Assembly (NCBI GenBank): GCA_963709585.1
Contig: CAVPXI010000014.1
Span: 84,320 to 148,319 of the forward strand
DNA: 64,000 bases
Source of the DNA: Candidatus Dormiibacterota bacterium
Lineage (GTDB): Bacteria; Chloroflexota; Dormibacteria; Aeolococcales; Aeolococcaceae
Direction of reading: 5' to 3'
Position numbers and translations under genes: made by a program. This document shows, one piece after another, positions 50,941 through 61,040 of the stretch (positions are counted from its first letter, which is position 1; every line of letters begins with the position of its first letter). The notes under the pieces are model-generated. The model saw nothing but the letters and a program-made list of their open reading frames with translations. It ran no database searches and had not been told where the DNA came from.

Positions 50941-52076
50941 GCAACGTCGACCTGCTTCGAGCGCAACGCATCGTGGACTGCGGCGTGCACCGCGTCGCAC
51001 ACCGCGACGATCTGAGCGTCGCTCATGTGCGGGAACATCGGCAGCGACAGCACCTCGCCCGCGGCAGCCTCCGCGACCGGAAGCGGCCCATCGGCGAAGC
51101 GGCGATATGGAGTTTGCCGGTGGCATGGGACCGGGTAGTGGATTCCGCTTTCAATGCCCGCCGCCGCGAGCCGCTGCTGAACCATCGCTCGACCCGGAAC
51201 TCGTACCACTGCCAGGTGGTGGACTCCTCGGGACCCGGTCGCCTCCTGCACAAGTCGCGCGGGCCCCGACGCAAAGACGGCGCCATATCGCGTGGCGATT
51301 GCTCGGCGAGCCTCGTTCCAGGTGTCGAGCCGAGGGAGCTTCGCCGTGAGCACCACAGCCTGCAATGCATCCAGCCGGCTGTTGGTGCCGACCACGACGT
51401 GGCGGTAACGCGTCCCGCGGGCGCGGCCGTGGTCGCGCAGCCGCCGCAGCCGTTCCGCAAGGACAGCGTCACCGGTCACGACTGCGCCGGCGTCGCCGAA
51501 CGCGCCCAGGTTCTTGCCCGGGTAGAAGCTGAAGCAGCCCGCCCGACCGAACGACCCCGCTCGCCGGCCGTTCCAGGTCGCCCCGTGCGCCTGAGCGGCA
51601 TCCTCAATGAGCACGACGCCGGCCCGACTGGCGGCGCGGCAGAGCGCGTCCATGTCCGGCATCTGGCCGTAGAGGTGCACGACGATCACCGCCCGCGTGC
51701 GCGGCGTGATTGCCGCCTCGAGGTCGGCAGCGGTGAGCAGCAGGGTCTCCGAGCTCACATCGGCGAATCGCGGCGTTGCCCCTGCGAGAACGACCGCCTC
51801 CGCCGTGGCCACGAAGGTGTTCGCCGGAACGATGACCTCATCGCCGGCGCCGATCCCGAGAGCGGTGAGTGTGAGTTGGAGGGCGTCCGTCCCATTGGCC
51901 ATGCCGATCGCATGGCCCAGGCCACAGTAGGCGGCCCATGCATCTTCGAACTCCTCGACTGCCTGACCACCGATGAAGGCACTGGAGTCGAGGAGTTTCG
52001 CCCAGTTCTGGTCGATGGTGGCGCGAATCTCGCGCGTCATCGCGGCAAGGTCGGTGAACGGGACCAGGCGTGTCAT
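50937..52076 (-). CDS. DegT/DnrJ/EryC1/StrS-family PLP-dependent sugar aminotransferase
   Basis: FIGGQAVEEFEDAWAAYCG, ANGTDALQLTL, VIVPANTFVATAEAV and FYPGKNLGAFGDAG (Lys-containing PLP site). Confidence 0.9.
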   Translation of the reverse strand: MTRLVPFTDLAAMTREIRATIDQNWAKLLDSSAFIGGQAVEEFEDAWAAYCGLGHAIGMANGTDALQLTLTALGIGAGDEVIVPANTFVATAEAVVLAGATPRFADVSSETLLLTAADLEAAITPRTRAVIVVHLYGQMPDMDALCRAASRAGVVLIEDAAQAHGATWNGRRAGSFGRAGCFSFYPGKNLGAFGDAGAVVTGDAVLAERLRRLRDHGRARGTRYRHVVVGTNSRLDALQAVVLTAKLPRLDTWNEARRAIATRYGAVFASGPARLVQEATGSRGVHHLAVVRVPGRAMVQQRLAAAGIESGIHYPVPCHRQTPYRRFADGPLPVAEAAAGEVLSLPMFPHMSDAQIVAVCDAVHAAVHDALRSKQVDVA

Positions 52077-53338
52077 CCCGCCTCCGATTCGGGCAGCAGG
52101 AGCTCAGGCAGCGGCGCAGCCATGACACTGGCCTGCCCAGCGGTGAGCGGGGAACGGGTAGCGCCATCGTTGCCCCGGCCGACAAGGTGGATGAGGCGCC
52201 CTCGAATGTCAACCTCGTCGAGCAGTACGGGACGGCCCAGGCGGCGCGAGAGCTGTGCCGCCTCAAGCGTCTCGACCACCGCGAGCCCGTTTTCCCCATC
52301 GGTCTGAGGAGCGGCACCGGTCGCGGCGCACTCGACAAAGTGCCGGTCCTGCACGGCGAGCGGCTCGTCCGGGGGGACGAACGGCACCATGATGTCGCCG
52401 TACCGATACGACGTCGGCGGCTGACTGATGTTGCCACTATTCGGCGAAAGGCACACACCCTTGTCGAGGACGCGTATCCGCTCCTCAGTGGCAACGTCGT
52501 CGTAGATGGCCATCTTCTTGCTCCCGACGGCCGTCACGCGGCGCACCTTGCAGGGGTCCAGCCAGCTCACGTGGATATTTGCGGACAGCCCCTGGTCAGC
52601 GAACAGGTCGTCGTAGAACAACCGCAGATACGCGACGTCCTCGAACCGGTGGTGAGCGTGTCGCGCGGCCCACGCCTGGACCGCGACTGGCTTGCGCCCC
52701 AGCACGAAGTTGAAGATGGAGATGTCATGGGGCGCCAGATCAAGAATGACGTTCACGTCGTCCTGATAGAGCCCGAGATTGAGCCGGGCGCTGTCGAGGT
52801 AATACAGCTCGCCGAGGTCTCCGTCGCGCACCAGCTCGCGGAGCTTCCGCACCGCAGGGTTGTACTCGAATGTGTGGCCGACCATAAGGACCACGCCCGC
52901 CGCGGAGGCCGCATTGATGAGCTGCAGCGCGCCCTCGGTCGTCGGCGCGAGTGGCTTCTCGACCAGGACGTGCTTACCGGCTTCTATCGCTTGCAGCGCG
53001 ACTCCCACGTGCGTGCTCGGCGGAGTTGCGACCACGACGGCGTCCACGTGCTCGAGCGCCGCCTGGAGGTCAGTGTGACCGAGTGCCGTCCTGAAGCTTC
53101 GAGCCAGCTTGTCCAGGCGCTCGGCGCGGCTATCGACCATGACGACCTGAGCGACGCCCTCGGTTGCGTCGAGTACCCGGACGTGTTTCGATCCCCAGTA
53201 TCCGCAGCCAACGACACCAACCCGCAAACCCGGTTCACGAGCCGTGAATGCATGCAATCCACCCAAGCCAAGGCTCGTCGCGTCCTCGACGCCTTGTACC
53301 GCTCCGGGTGGGCGCGCTCCGTCCATGCGCCTAGCCAC
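52073..53338 (-). CDS. Gfo/Idh/MocA-family NAD-dependent sugar oxidoreductase
   Basis: Rossmann motif VGVVGCGYWGSKH. EKPLA motif (HVLVEKPLAPT). ATGA overlap with the aminotransferase start. First gene of the locus. The start may be 53338 or the ATG at 53326. Confidence 0.85.
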   Translation of the reverse strand: MARRMDGARPPGAVQGVEDATSLGLGGLHAFTAREPGLRVGVVGCGYWGSKHVRVLDATEGVAQVVMVDSRAERLDKLARSFRTALGHTDLQAALEHVDAVVVATPPSTHVGVALQAIEAGKHVLVEKPLAPTTEGALQLINAASAAGVVLMVGHTFEYNPAVRKLRELVRDGDLGELYYLDSARLNLGLYQDDVNVILDLAPHDISIFNFVLGRKPVAVQAWAARHAHHRFEDVAYLRLFYDDLFADQGLSANIHVSWLDPCKVRRVTAVGSKKMAIYDDVATEERIRVLDKGVCLSPNSGNISQPPTSYRYGDIMVPFVPPDEPLAVQDRHFVECAATGAAPQTDGENGLAVVETLEAAQLSRRLGRPVLLDEVDIRGRLIHLVGRGNDGATRSPLTAGQASVMAAPLPELLLPESEAG

Positions 53339-53510
53339 GATGTCCCCTTCTAGCCCTACGGCCCCCTACGATTCCCCAATGTCGAGCCGCTGCTTATGTC
53401 CCGATAAGCAGACGTCCCCGCTCGATCGGCGAAAGTATAGTGCGAACGTTGCGGGTTCGTCAGCGTCCGCACGATTCCAGACATTTCGCCACCATTGCCT
53501 TCAACTCGGA

Positions 53511-53610
53511 GGTGCAGACAGGTGCACATAGGTGCACATAGATGCACGCAGGTGCACATAGATGCACGCAGGTGCACATAGGTGCACGCAGGTGCACGCA
53601 GGTGCACGAT
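53511..53610. repeat. ten head-to-tail 10-bp repeats (GGTGCACATA / GATGCACGCA variants)
   Basis: Read directly: ggtgcagaca ggtgcacata ggtgcacata gatgcacgca ggtgcacata gatgcacgca ggtgcacata ggtgcacgca ggtgcacgca ggtgcacgat. The array is intergenic, 173 nt upstream of the 53338 start and 28 nt after the 53639 stop. Confidence 0.95.
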
Positions 53611-53638
53611 CGCGTTTGTCATCCGTCCGTATGCGGGC

Positions 53639-54931
53639 TCACTTGGGGCACCCATAGGTGGCGTTGCATTCGTACTGCTGGGTCGAGTCGTCGAATGACA
53701 CCGTCAACCATGTGAGGTTGTTCTCCTGGGCCTGCACGCGGGAGATGTAGCCGTTGGCAGCGATCGAATGCCAGTCACCGGAATACCACGACCCGATGCA
53801 GCCCCAGATATCGCCGGCCGCGTAAGTGCCGGTGCCGGTCTGCTTCAGCCACGACTCCCAGCCGTTGTAGCAACCGCGGATGTAGGCGCCCCAGTAGTCG
53901 GCGGCCGCCGCAGTCGAGTCGCGGGTGAAGGGGAAAGTCCCGTTCTGGTCGCCTGCGTACGCCGGATACGGCGCCTCCCACGCGGGGTCATCCCAACTCA
54001 TGATTCCTAGGATTGAGAAGGTCTTCGGGCACAGACCTGCCTTCGGCGTGTACGGATAACCGCCAGTAGTGGTCAGCGGATCGACCTGGTAGTTGTGCAC
54101 CTCCGAGGCGAGCACGCCCTCGGTTGCAAGCCCGGTGCAGTAGGTGGTCGATGCGGTGGTCGGCGATGAGAAGCTGTCGCCACAGCCGCGATTCCAATAA
54201 CAGCTGCCGCCTCCACCGCCCTCTGACGCGTCCCCGGGGAAATGAAGGTATTGGAACCAGGTGGACTCCTCGACTGCGTCAGCCCGGATGAGGTTGTCGG
54301 GCAATCCCCACTTGCACGCCGCCCACTGGAGGATCTCGTCGGTCGTCCCGGTGAACTGACCGTCAACACGAGGCATGAGCCAGGAATCCCACATCGAGTT
54401 GTACGTGTCTCCCTGATCGCGCGGCCGGATGGCGAACGACGCCGCCATGGCTCCCGGCGCGGGCATCGTGGTGTTCTGCTGCTTGTTCTCTGGTCGCGGT
54501 TCCCAGGTGGAGTCGTGGACGGCGGCAGCGCACTGCGAATCGGACGGCAGCGGCGCGCCCACTGGTTCGAGCGAGAAATACCCGGATGCCGGAGGCGGCC
54601 CGTCAGATGGCGCGGGGCTGGGCGTTGGCGTGGGAGTTGGGGCTGGTGTTGGTGTTGGTGTTGGTGTCGAGGTCGCCGTCGGTGTTGATGTCGGGGTTGG
54701 CGTGGGCGCGGGTGTTGTCGTGTCAGTTGGCGACTCCGTCGCCGCGGCTGTCGGCGTGCTCGGAGCGCACGTCTTTGACTTGTGGCATTTGAGGGCGCCG
54801 TTCGTCAGCGACGACTGGCTCAACGGGCCCGTCCCGGCAATGGCCACACCCAACGCCGAGGCAATCGCGAGCGCGACGAATGCTGTCGCCATGCCGGCTC
54901 GTGCTCGTCCCGGTCGGCGAAAGTTGCTCAT
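53639..54931 (-). CDS. secreted Cys-rich protein with a Pro/Thr linker; weak lytic-transglycosylase-like motif
   Basis: ORF 53639..55048, trimmed to the ATG at 54931, which has GGAGG upstream. Signal peptide MATAFVALAIASALGVAIA. A PT-rich linker of about 50 aa. TDEILQWAACKWGLPDNLIRADAVEESTWFQ resembles the E-S catalytic region of SLT domains. About 12 Cys. Confidence 0.7.
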   Translation of the reverse strand: MSNFRRPGRARAGMATAFVALAIASALGVAIAGTGPLSQSSLTNGALKCHKSKTCAPSTPTAAATESPTDTTTPAPTPTPTSTPTATSTPTPTPTPAPTPTPTPSPAPSDGPPPASGYFSLEPVGAPLPSDSQCAAAVHDSTWEPRPENKQQNTTMPAPGAMAASFAIRPRDQGDTYNSMWDSWLMPRVDGQFTGTTDEILQWAACKWGLPDNLIRADAVEESTWFQYLHFPGDASEGGGGGSCYWNRGCGDSFSSPTTASTTYCTGLATEGVLASEVHNYQVDPLTTTGGYPYTPKAGLCPKTFSILGIMSWDDPAWEAPYPAYAGDQNGTFPFTRDSTAAAADYWGAYIRGCYNGWESWLKQTGTGTYAAGDIWGCIGSWYSGDWHSIAANGYISRVQAQENNLTWLTVSFDDSTQQYECNATYGCPK

Positions 54932-55191
54932 GGTCGGACCTCCGGTTCGCTCGGCCCGGTCGGGTAGCCTGGCGCGCATCGAGGAACGGCGAGCTGCGGA
55001 GGCCGCTAGCTGACGACCCGTCCGGTGATGCCCGGACTCCGGGCGCACCCGCCGCGGAATCGGCGTGCTCCATCGGGAAGCTAGCAGCCGTTACACGGAT
55101 GTGAATCGGTGGCAACCGATCCTTCATGTGGCTGTTACACAGCTACCACGGGTCGGCGATCCGAACGTCGAACGCGAAGTCCGCTCAGCGA

Positions 55192-56447
55192 TCAGGCGGG
55201 GCAGCGGTACACGGGGTCGCACTCGTACTGCTGGGTCGAGTCCTTAAAGGATGCGGTGAGCCAGGTCAGGTTGCTCTCGGCCGCCTGCACCTTGGATATG
55301 TACGCATTGGCTGCGGCCGTGTGCCAGGCCCCCGAGTACCAAGACCCGATGCAACCCCAGATGTCGCCTGCCGCGTAGGTGCCCGTGCCGGTCTGCTTCA
55401 ACCAGGATTCCCAGCCGTTGTAGCAACCGCGCATGTAGGCGCCCCAGTAGTCGGCGGCCGCCGCAGTCGAGTTCGCGGGTGAAGGGGAAAGTCCCGTTCT
55501 GATCGCCCGCGAAAGCCGGATACGGTGCCTCCCACGCTGGGTCATCCCAACTCATGATCCCGAGGATTGAGTAGGTCTTTGGGCACAGGCCCGACTGCGG
55601 CGTGTACGGATAACCGCCGCTACTGGTCCGCGGATCGGCCTGGTAGTCGTGCACCTCCGAGGCCAGCACGCCCTCGGTAGCAATCCCGCTGCAATAGGTG
55701 ACCGAGGCGTCGGTGGGTGACGGGAAGGCGTCGCTGCAGCCGCGATTCCAGTAGCAACTGCCTCCGCCCCCACCCCCATATGACGCGTCGCCGGGGAGGT
55801 GCAGATACTGAAACCAGGTCGAACTCGACGACGGCGTCGGCACGGATGAGGTTGTCCGGCAAACCCCATTTGCATGCCGCCCACTGGAGTATCTCGTCGG
55901 TGGTGCCGGTGAACCGACCATCGACACGGGGCAGTAGCCAGGAATCCCACAACGAGTTGTAAGTGCCGGCTCGATCGCGTGGCCAGCTGGAGAAGGAGGC
56001 CGCCATCGCCCCGGGCGCGGGCATCGTGCTGTTTTGCTGGCGGTTCTGCGGTCGAGGTTCCCAGGTTGAAGAATGCACTTCGGCAGCGCACTGAGAGTCC
56101 GAGGGCAGCGACGACGAGGCGCCCGCCGGTTGTAATGAGAAATACCCGGATGCAGGCGGTGGGCCGCTGGACGGCCTCGGTCTCGATATCGGCGTGGGGC
56201 CAAGCGACTGTCTGGGGCCTGAGGGAGCACCCGCTTGGGGTCCACCCGGCGTTGCCGGGTTCGACGGCAGATTCGCGGTGGATATGGGCGTGAAGCATGA
56301 CGCCCCCGGCCGGCAATCCCCTGCGTCAGGCGGTTTACTGTGAGTAGTGGGGCTGCTCGACGCACACGCGGCGGCGAGCGGGACCATGCCAAGGATGGCA
56401 GATATCGCAAACCGACGCCGAAGCCCGCCGCGTTGCCATCTCATCAA
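55192..56447 (-). pseudogene. paralog of the 53639..54931 protein (lipoprotein signal), frame broken twice
   Basis: Fragments lie in ORFs 55620..56447 (lipobox PLAAACASS ...TDEILQWAACKWGLPDNLIRADAV), 55244..56410 (STWFQYLHLPGD...DQNGTFPFTR) and 55192..55545 (NSTAAAADYWGAYMRGCYNGW...). There is an extra T at about 55470-55472 (gagttcgcg versus gagtcgcg in the paralog) and an indel at about 55819-55826. Confidence 0.75.
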
Positions 56448-56642
56448 GCAGTCCCCTCGTGGTCAGCGTACGCCACCCACTGGTCGACGAGTATCCGACG
56501 GGACCGAAGCTAGAACTGCAACCTCGCCGCGAAGATCCCCGACCTGCTCCGCCTCGGCATTCCGTCGTTTCCAGCCGCAAAGAACGGAGCCGGAGCGGTA
56601 ACCCGCTCCGGCCCCTGTCTCCCGAGGCTTGTCGGTGGCCGA

Positions 56643-58833
56643 CTACGGCGCCAAGTTCAGCGATGTGCCGAAGTTTGCGAACGGGTCTCTCGTCCCACCA
56701 CACGTCGGGTCAGTGCTGATGTAGTAGCTGGGAGCGCAGTTGGGATACTGGATGTACTCCGAGGCGAAATAGAACCCCTTTCCGGCGACGTACACGGCGG
56801 CTCCGTAATCCCCCCATCGGGGCCGGATGTTGAAAAAGGTCGGGTAGGGCTGGTACTCGGAGAATCCGTCCTGGGGTGCCTGGCCTAGCGCCGTGATGTG
56901 GATCTTCTTCCCCGAGAGCCCGTCCGAGCTTGTCGTCACACGGCCGTAGGCGCTGCTCGGGAAGAATCCGCCACTGTCCGCGTGCGTCGGTCCGCCGTTA
57001 CCCGACAGCGTGAAGGACATGAGGGCTCCGCTGTTGCCGGTACCGCCGACGAGCGTTGGGAACTCCAGATCTTCGTGCGCAGCTGCAACGTATCCCTGCT
57101 TCGTCAGGGTGAGGGTCGGGCTGGCTCCCTTGAACGACGCGGTGCTCACCACGAAGTAGGCGGCGCCCATGTGGTCCTCGCTCGTCTTGCCGAACTGCTC
57201 ACTGATCAGCGTGCTGACAGCGAACCAGATCTGGCCCCCTGCATACGATGCCTGGGTGGCCCCGTCCCCGTTGGTTGCGATCCCTGACTCAGGGCACGGG
57301 TCGGCGGCTGCCGCGTCAAGCTCCTTGCAGTAGGTGCCCTGATCCAGCGTTCCAGCTCGCTGAGGACCAAGGCCGCACGGAGTACCGCCGCTCGCCAGAC
57401 AACTCTCGCCGTTATCTGTATACGACTCCAGCCCGGTGAACAGATCTCCGCCGAACCCTATGGAACCACATGAACCGCAGTTGAAGCTGTTGAGGTTGGA
57501 CAGTCCGGTCCAGAAAAACACCGCCGCGCGGTTGTCGCCGGATGACGGCGGGAGTGGCGGAACCTCGAATGACTGGAAGTCCGTCGTCGCGACCATGAAG
57601 CCAGAGCCGCCGTAGTTGTTGTTGAATTCGCTGCTGACCGTCGAGCTGGCGGGAATAACCTGAAACCAGCACGTCAATCCGGCCGTCGGCCCGCTGTTGC
57701 AGCTGCCGTCAGGGGGTTGGATCCCCGGGTCGGTGCCCATATTCTCTTGCAGGAGGTTCACAAACGCGTAACCCAACTCGAGGGCGCTCTTCTGGATGGC
57801 AAGCTGCTGCGCTCCGTTGAAGCCGAAGCATCCGTAGCTCGGGCACGGAGGGTAGCTGGAGGACGGTCCGAGGTTGAACTCGTCATAGAACATCAGGAAC
57901 GCGTCCCGGGTGGTCGCCGTTTTCGCGTAGTCGTTCAACAGCTGACCGGCCCCTGGATCGCTCGTCGACCCAGGCAAGGTGTTCGGGTCGACGAAGTACA
58001 CGTTCCAAGTCGTGGCAGTCGGGTTCGCGGTGTTGCTCACGGCGAGGCCTTCGCGACAGGCGTCATGACCGCCGAGGAAGCAAGCGCCGGGCGCGAACGC
58101 GCCGCCGCTCGATTCGGGCGTGGTGGAGACGATCTCTGTGATGAACCAGTGTCCACCGTTGTCGGCGTCGTACTGGCACATGATGTCGCCGGCGCTGCTA
58201 TAACCAAGTCCCGTGAGGCCCATCAGCGCGTCGAGCGACGTGTCTCCTGTCACGGGTCCAAGCGAGGCGTTGTAGATGCGAATCTCGCCGATGTTGATCG
58301 AACTCCATGACATAACCGTTGCCCGCGCACAGACCCTGGTCAGGAGGTTCGATGTCGAAACCGTAAAGTCCCCCATTGGCCGTCGCCGCCAAGCCGTAGG
58401 GGTTGGTAGTCGCGCCGCTGCTACTCGAGCTGATCGAGTCGCATCCCGCTCGGACCGGCGCACATGTCACCGTCGGGAACGGAACGGCGGGGGCCGCGGT
58501 GAGCGCCCGTCCACCTACGCGAGCGGCGTGAAGGTTGGGAAGCTGCTGGTGCGACGTCGATGCCCGCGTCGCGGTGCTTGCTACCCGTGCAGCGGCAGAG
58601 GTTGTCTGCACAGCGCGTGTCAGATGGCCGGTTTGGAGATGGGAGGCGGTTCCCAGGGAGGCGACCCCAACGGACGCCCCGGCCGTGGTCGCTGTTGCTC
58701 CGGCCACTGTGACCAGCGAGCCCAGCACCAGGCCTGCCGACGCCACCATGAAGGCTGCTCGCTGGACCCGCGGATGGCCGCGGGGTCGCCCTCTCTGCGC
58801 GACAAAAAAGGTCCGCTCGTTGCGATCGCCCAT
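56643..58833 (-). pseudogene. large secreted Cys-rich protein of unknown function, one apparent frameshift
   Basis: The N-terminus is in ORF 58198..58902 from the ATG at 58833 (GGAGGAG upstream; signal MVASAGLVLGSLVTVAGATA) through ...CAGNGYVME. It continues in ORF 56643..58463 from SSINIGEIRIYNASLG. The frames switch at about 58303-58306. I recognise no domain. Confidence 0.65.
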
Positions 58834-59045
58834 CCCAGCTCCTCCAGTGCCCCGGACGTCTGCCTTGCGGGCCGGCTGCGCCCACCGACCTCCGACCCGC
58901 AAGTGGCGATACAGGACTATGGTCGGATGAGTGCGTGTGTGTCAAGTGGTGGGCTCGGCGCGCTTGACCACCTCGAGCGGCTGCCTTTCAATTGAGTGGC
59001 CGGACGTCGATCGCTCTCGCGTTCCGAGGAGCGTCAGCTACGGCC

Positions 59046-59477
59046 CTACATGCAATGTGAACAGGTAGTCCGGGGAACTCCAGGTGCGCTCATCACCGTA
59101 GAGCCACCGCCTTTAACGTTCGGCTGAGCAGGAGGGACACCACCCGTCGGGGGGCGGGAGACGGCACCCGGAACTGAGTGCGTTTCGGCGGCGCTGGAAG
59201 ACGACCCCGTGCCGGCCGCAGCACCCGGGACCAGGGCGTGCGCGGAGCCATGGGCCCCGACCGCGTTGGCACCGGCCCGGCCGCTCGCGCTAGCGGCGGA
59301 GTATGTCGGGGCATGCCCGCTGAGCTGTTGGAGCCCGCCGAGGGCTTGCGTCGTCAGGAGAGCGGCGATTGCGACGGCGACGACCGCCAAGGCCACAACC
59401 AAGGGGCTAAGGGGCCAGGCCCGACGAGCAACAGCTACCACTTCCGAATTAAGTATGCCACGCGATGCACCTCCCAC
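59046..59477 (-). CDS. hypothetical membrane-anchored low-complexity protein
   Basis: GTG start. One TM helix (LSPLVVALAVVAVAIAALL). Ala/Gly/Ser-rich tail. Lies 18 nt downstream of the 59496..59774 ORF. Coding status is uncertain. Confidence 0.3.
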   Translation of the reverse strand: MGGASRGILNSEVVAVARRAWPLSPLVVALAVVAVAIAALLTTQALGGLQQLSGHAPTYSAASASGRAGANAVGAHGSAHALVPGAAAGTGSSSSAAETHSVPGAVSRPPTGGVPPAQPNVKGGGSTVMSAPGVPRTTCSHCM

Positions 59478-59495
59478 CCACGCGAATCCGGCCGA

Positions 59496-59774
59496 TCAAA
59501 GCAGCGTCTCCTCCTGCTCAACTCGCTTGTTCCGGCGGCGCTCCGGTCCCGTCTTCGCGTCGGACGCCGGGTGCTCCACGATCGCGACGACGCGCGTCGC
59601 CATGAAGCGCCCGACGCGCACCGGCTGGCCGGTGCGGGTCAGTTCCGCCACTTCGACAATGCCTCGCGCGGTGGTCACCTCCACCCGCCTGCCGGCGCGC
59701 GTTGCAGTGATCTCGAACGTCCGCGCGGTTCCGGTCCCGGCGTCGACGATGACCTCCACGGTGTCTCCGATCAC
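59496..59774 (-). CDS. hypothetical small protein (92 aa)
   Basis: Globular-looking beta-rich sequence (VEVIVDAGTGTARTFEITATRAGRRVEVTTARGIVEVAELTRTG) with a basic tail. GTG start with a weak RBS. Divergent from the reductase gene, 24 nt away. Confidence 0.4.
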   Translation of the reverse strand: MIGDTVEVIVDAGTGTARTFEITATRAGRRVEVTTARGIVEVAELTRTGQPVRVGRFMATRVVAIVEHPASDAKTGPERRRNKRVEQEETLL

Positions 59775-59798
59775 CCGCCCACTCTAGCGACAGTGTCG

Positions 59799-60854
<1,056 letters not shown>

Positions 60855-61040
60855 GCGGGACGCGAGGTCATTGCGGGCACCAAAACGGTGGATGCGGTCG
60901 CCATAGTGCCCGTCCGTCTAAGTCACAGACGGTGCCGCTACGGATTGCGCCAGGTCCGGCTACACGACACGAGCCAGCCCATCACCCGGACGATCCTCGG
61001 CTGGGGTCCCTGACTCGTTGGAGAAGCCGCAAGCGTCACG

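Noticed and set aside
53511-53610. Possible CRISPR array
   Set aside because: The units are only 10 bp, directly abutting, with no spacers and no cas genes in the window. This is a microsatellite-type tandem repeat.
53356-53655. A 99-aa minus-strand ORF with a repeating HLRA/CTCVHL peptide
   Set aside because: It is generated purely by reading through the 10-bp tandem array. It has no RBS and no protein-like composition outside the repeat.
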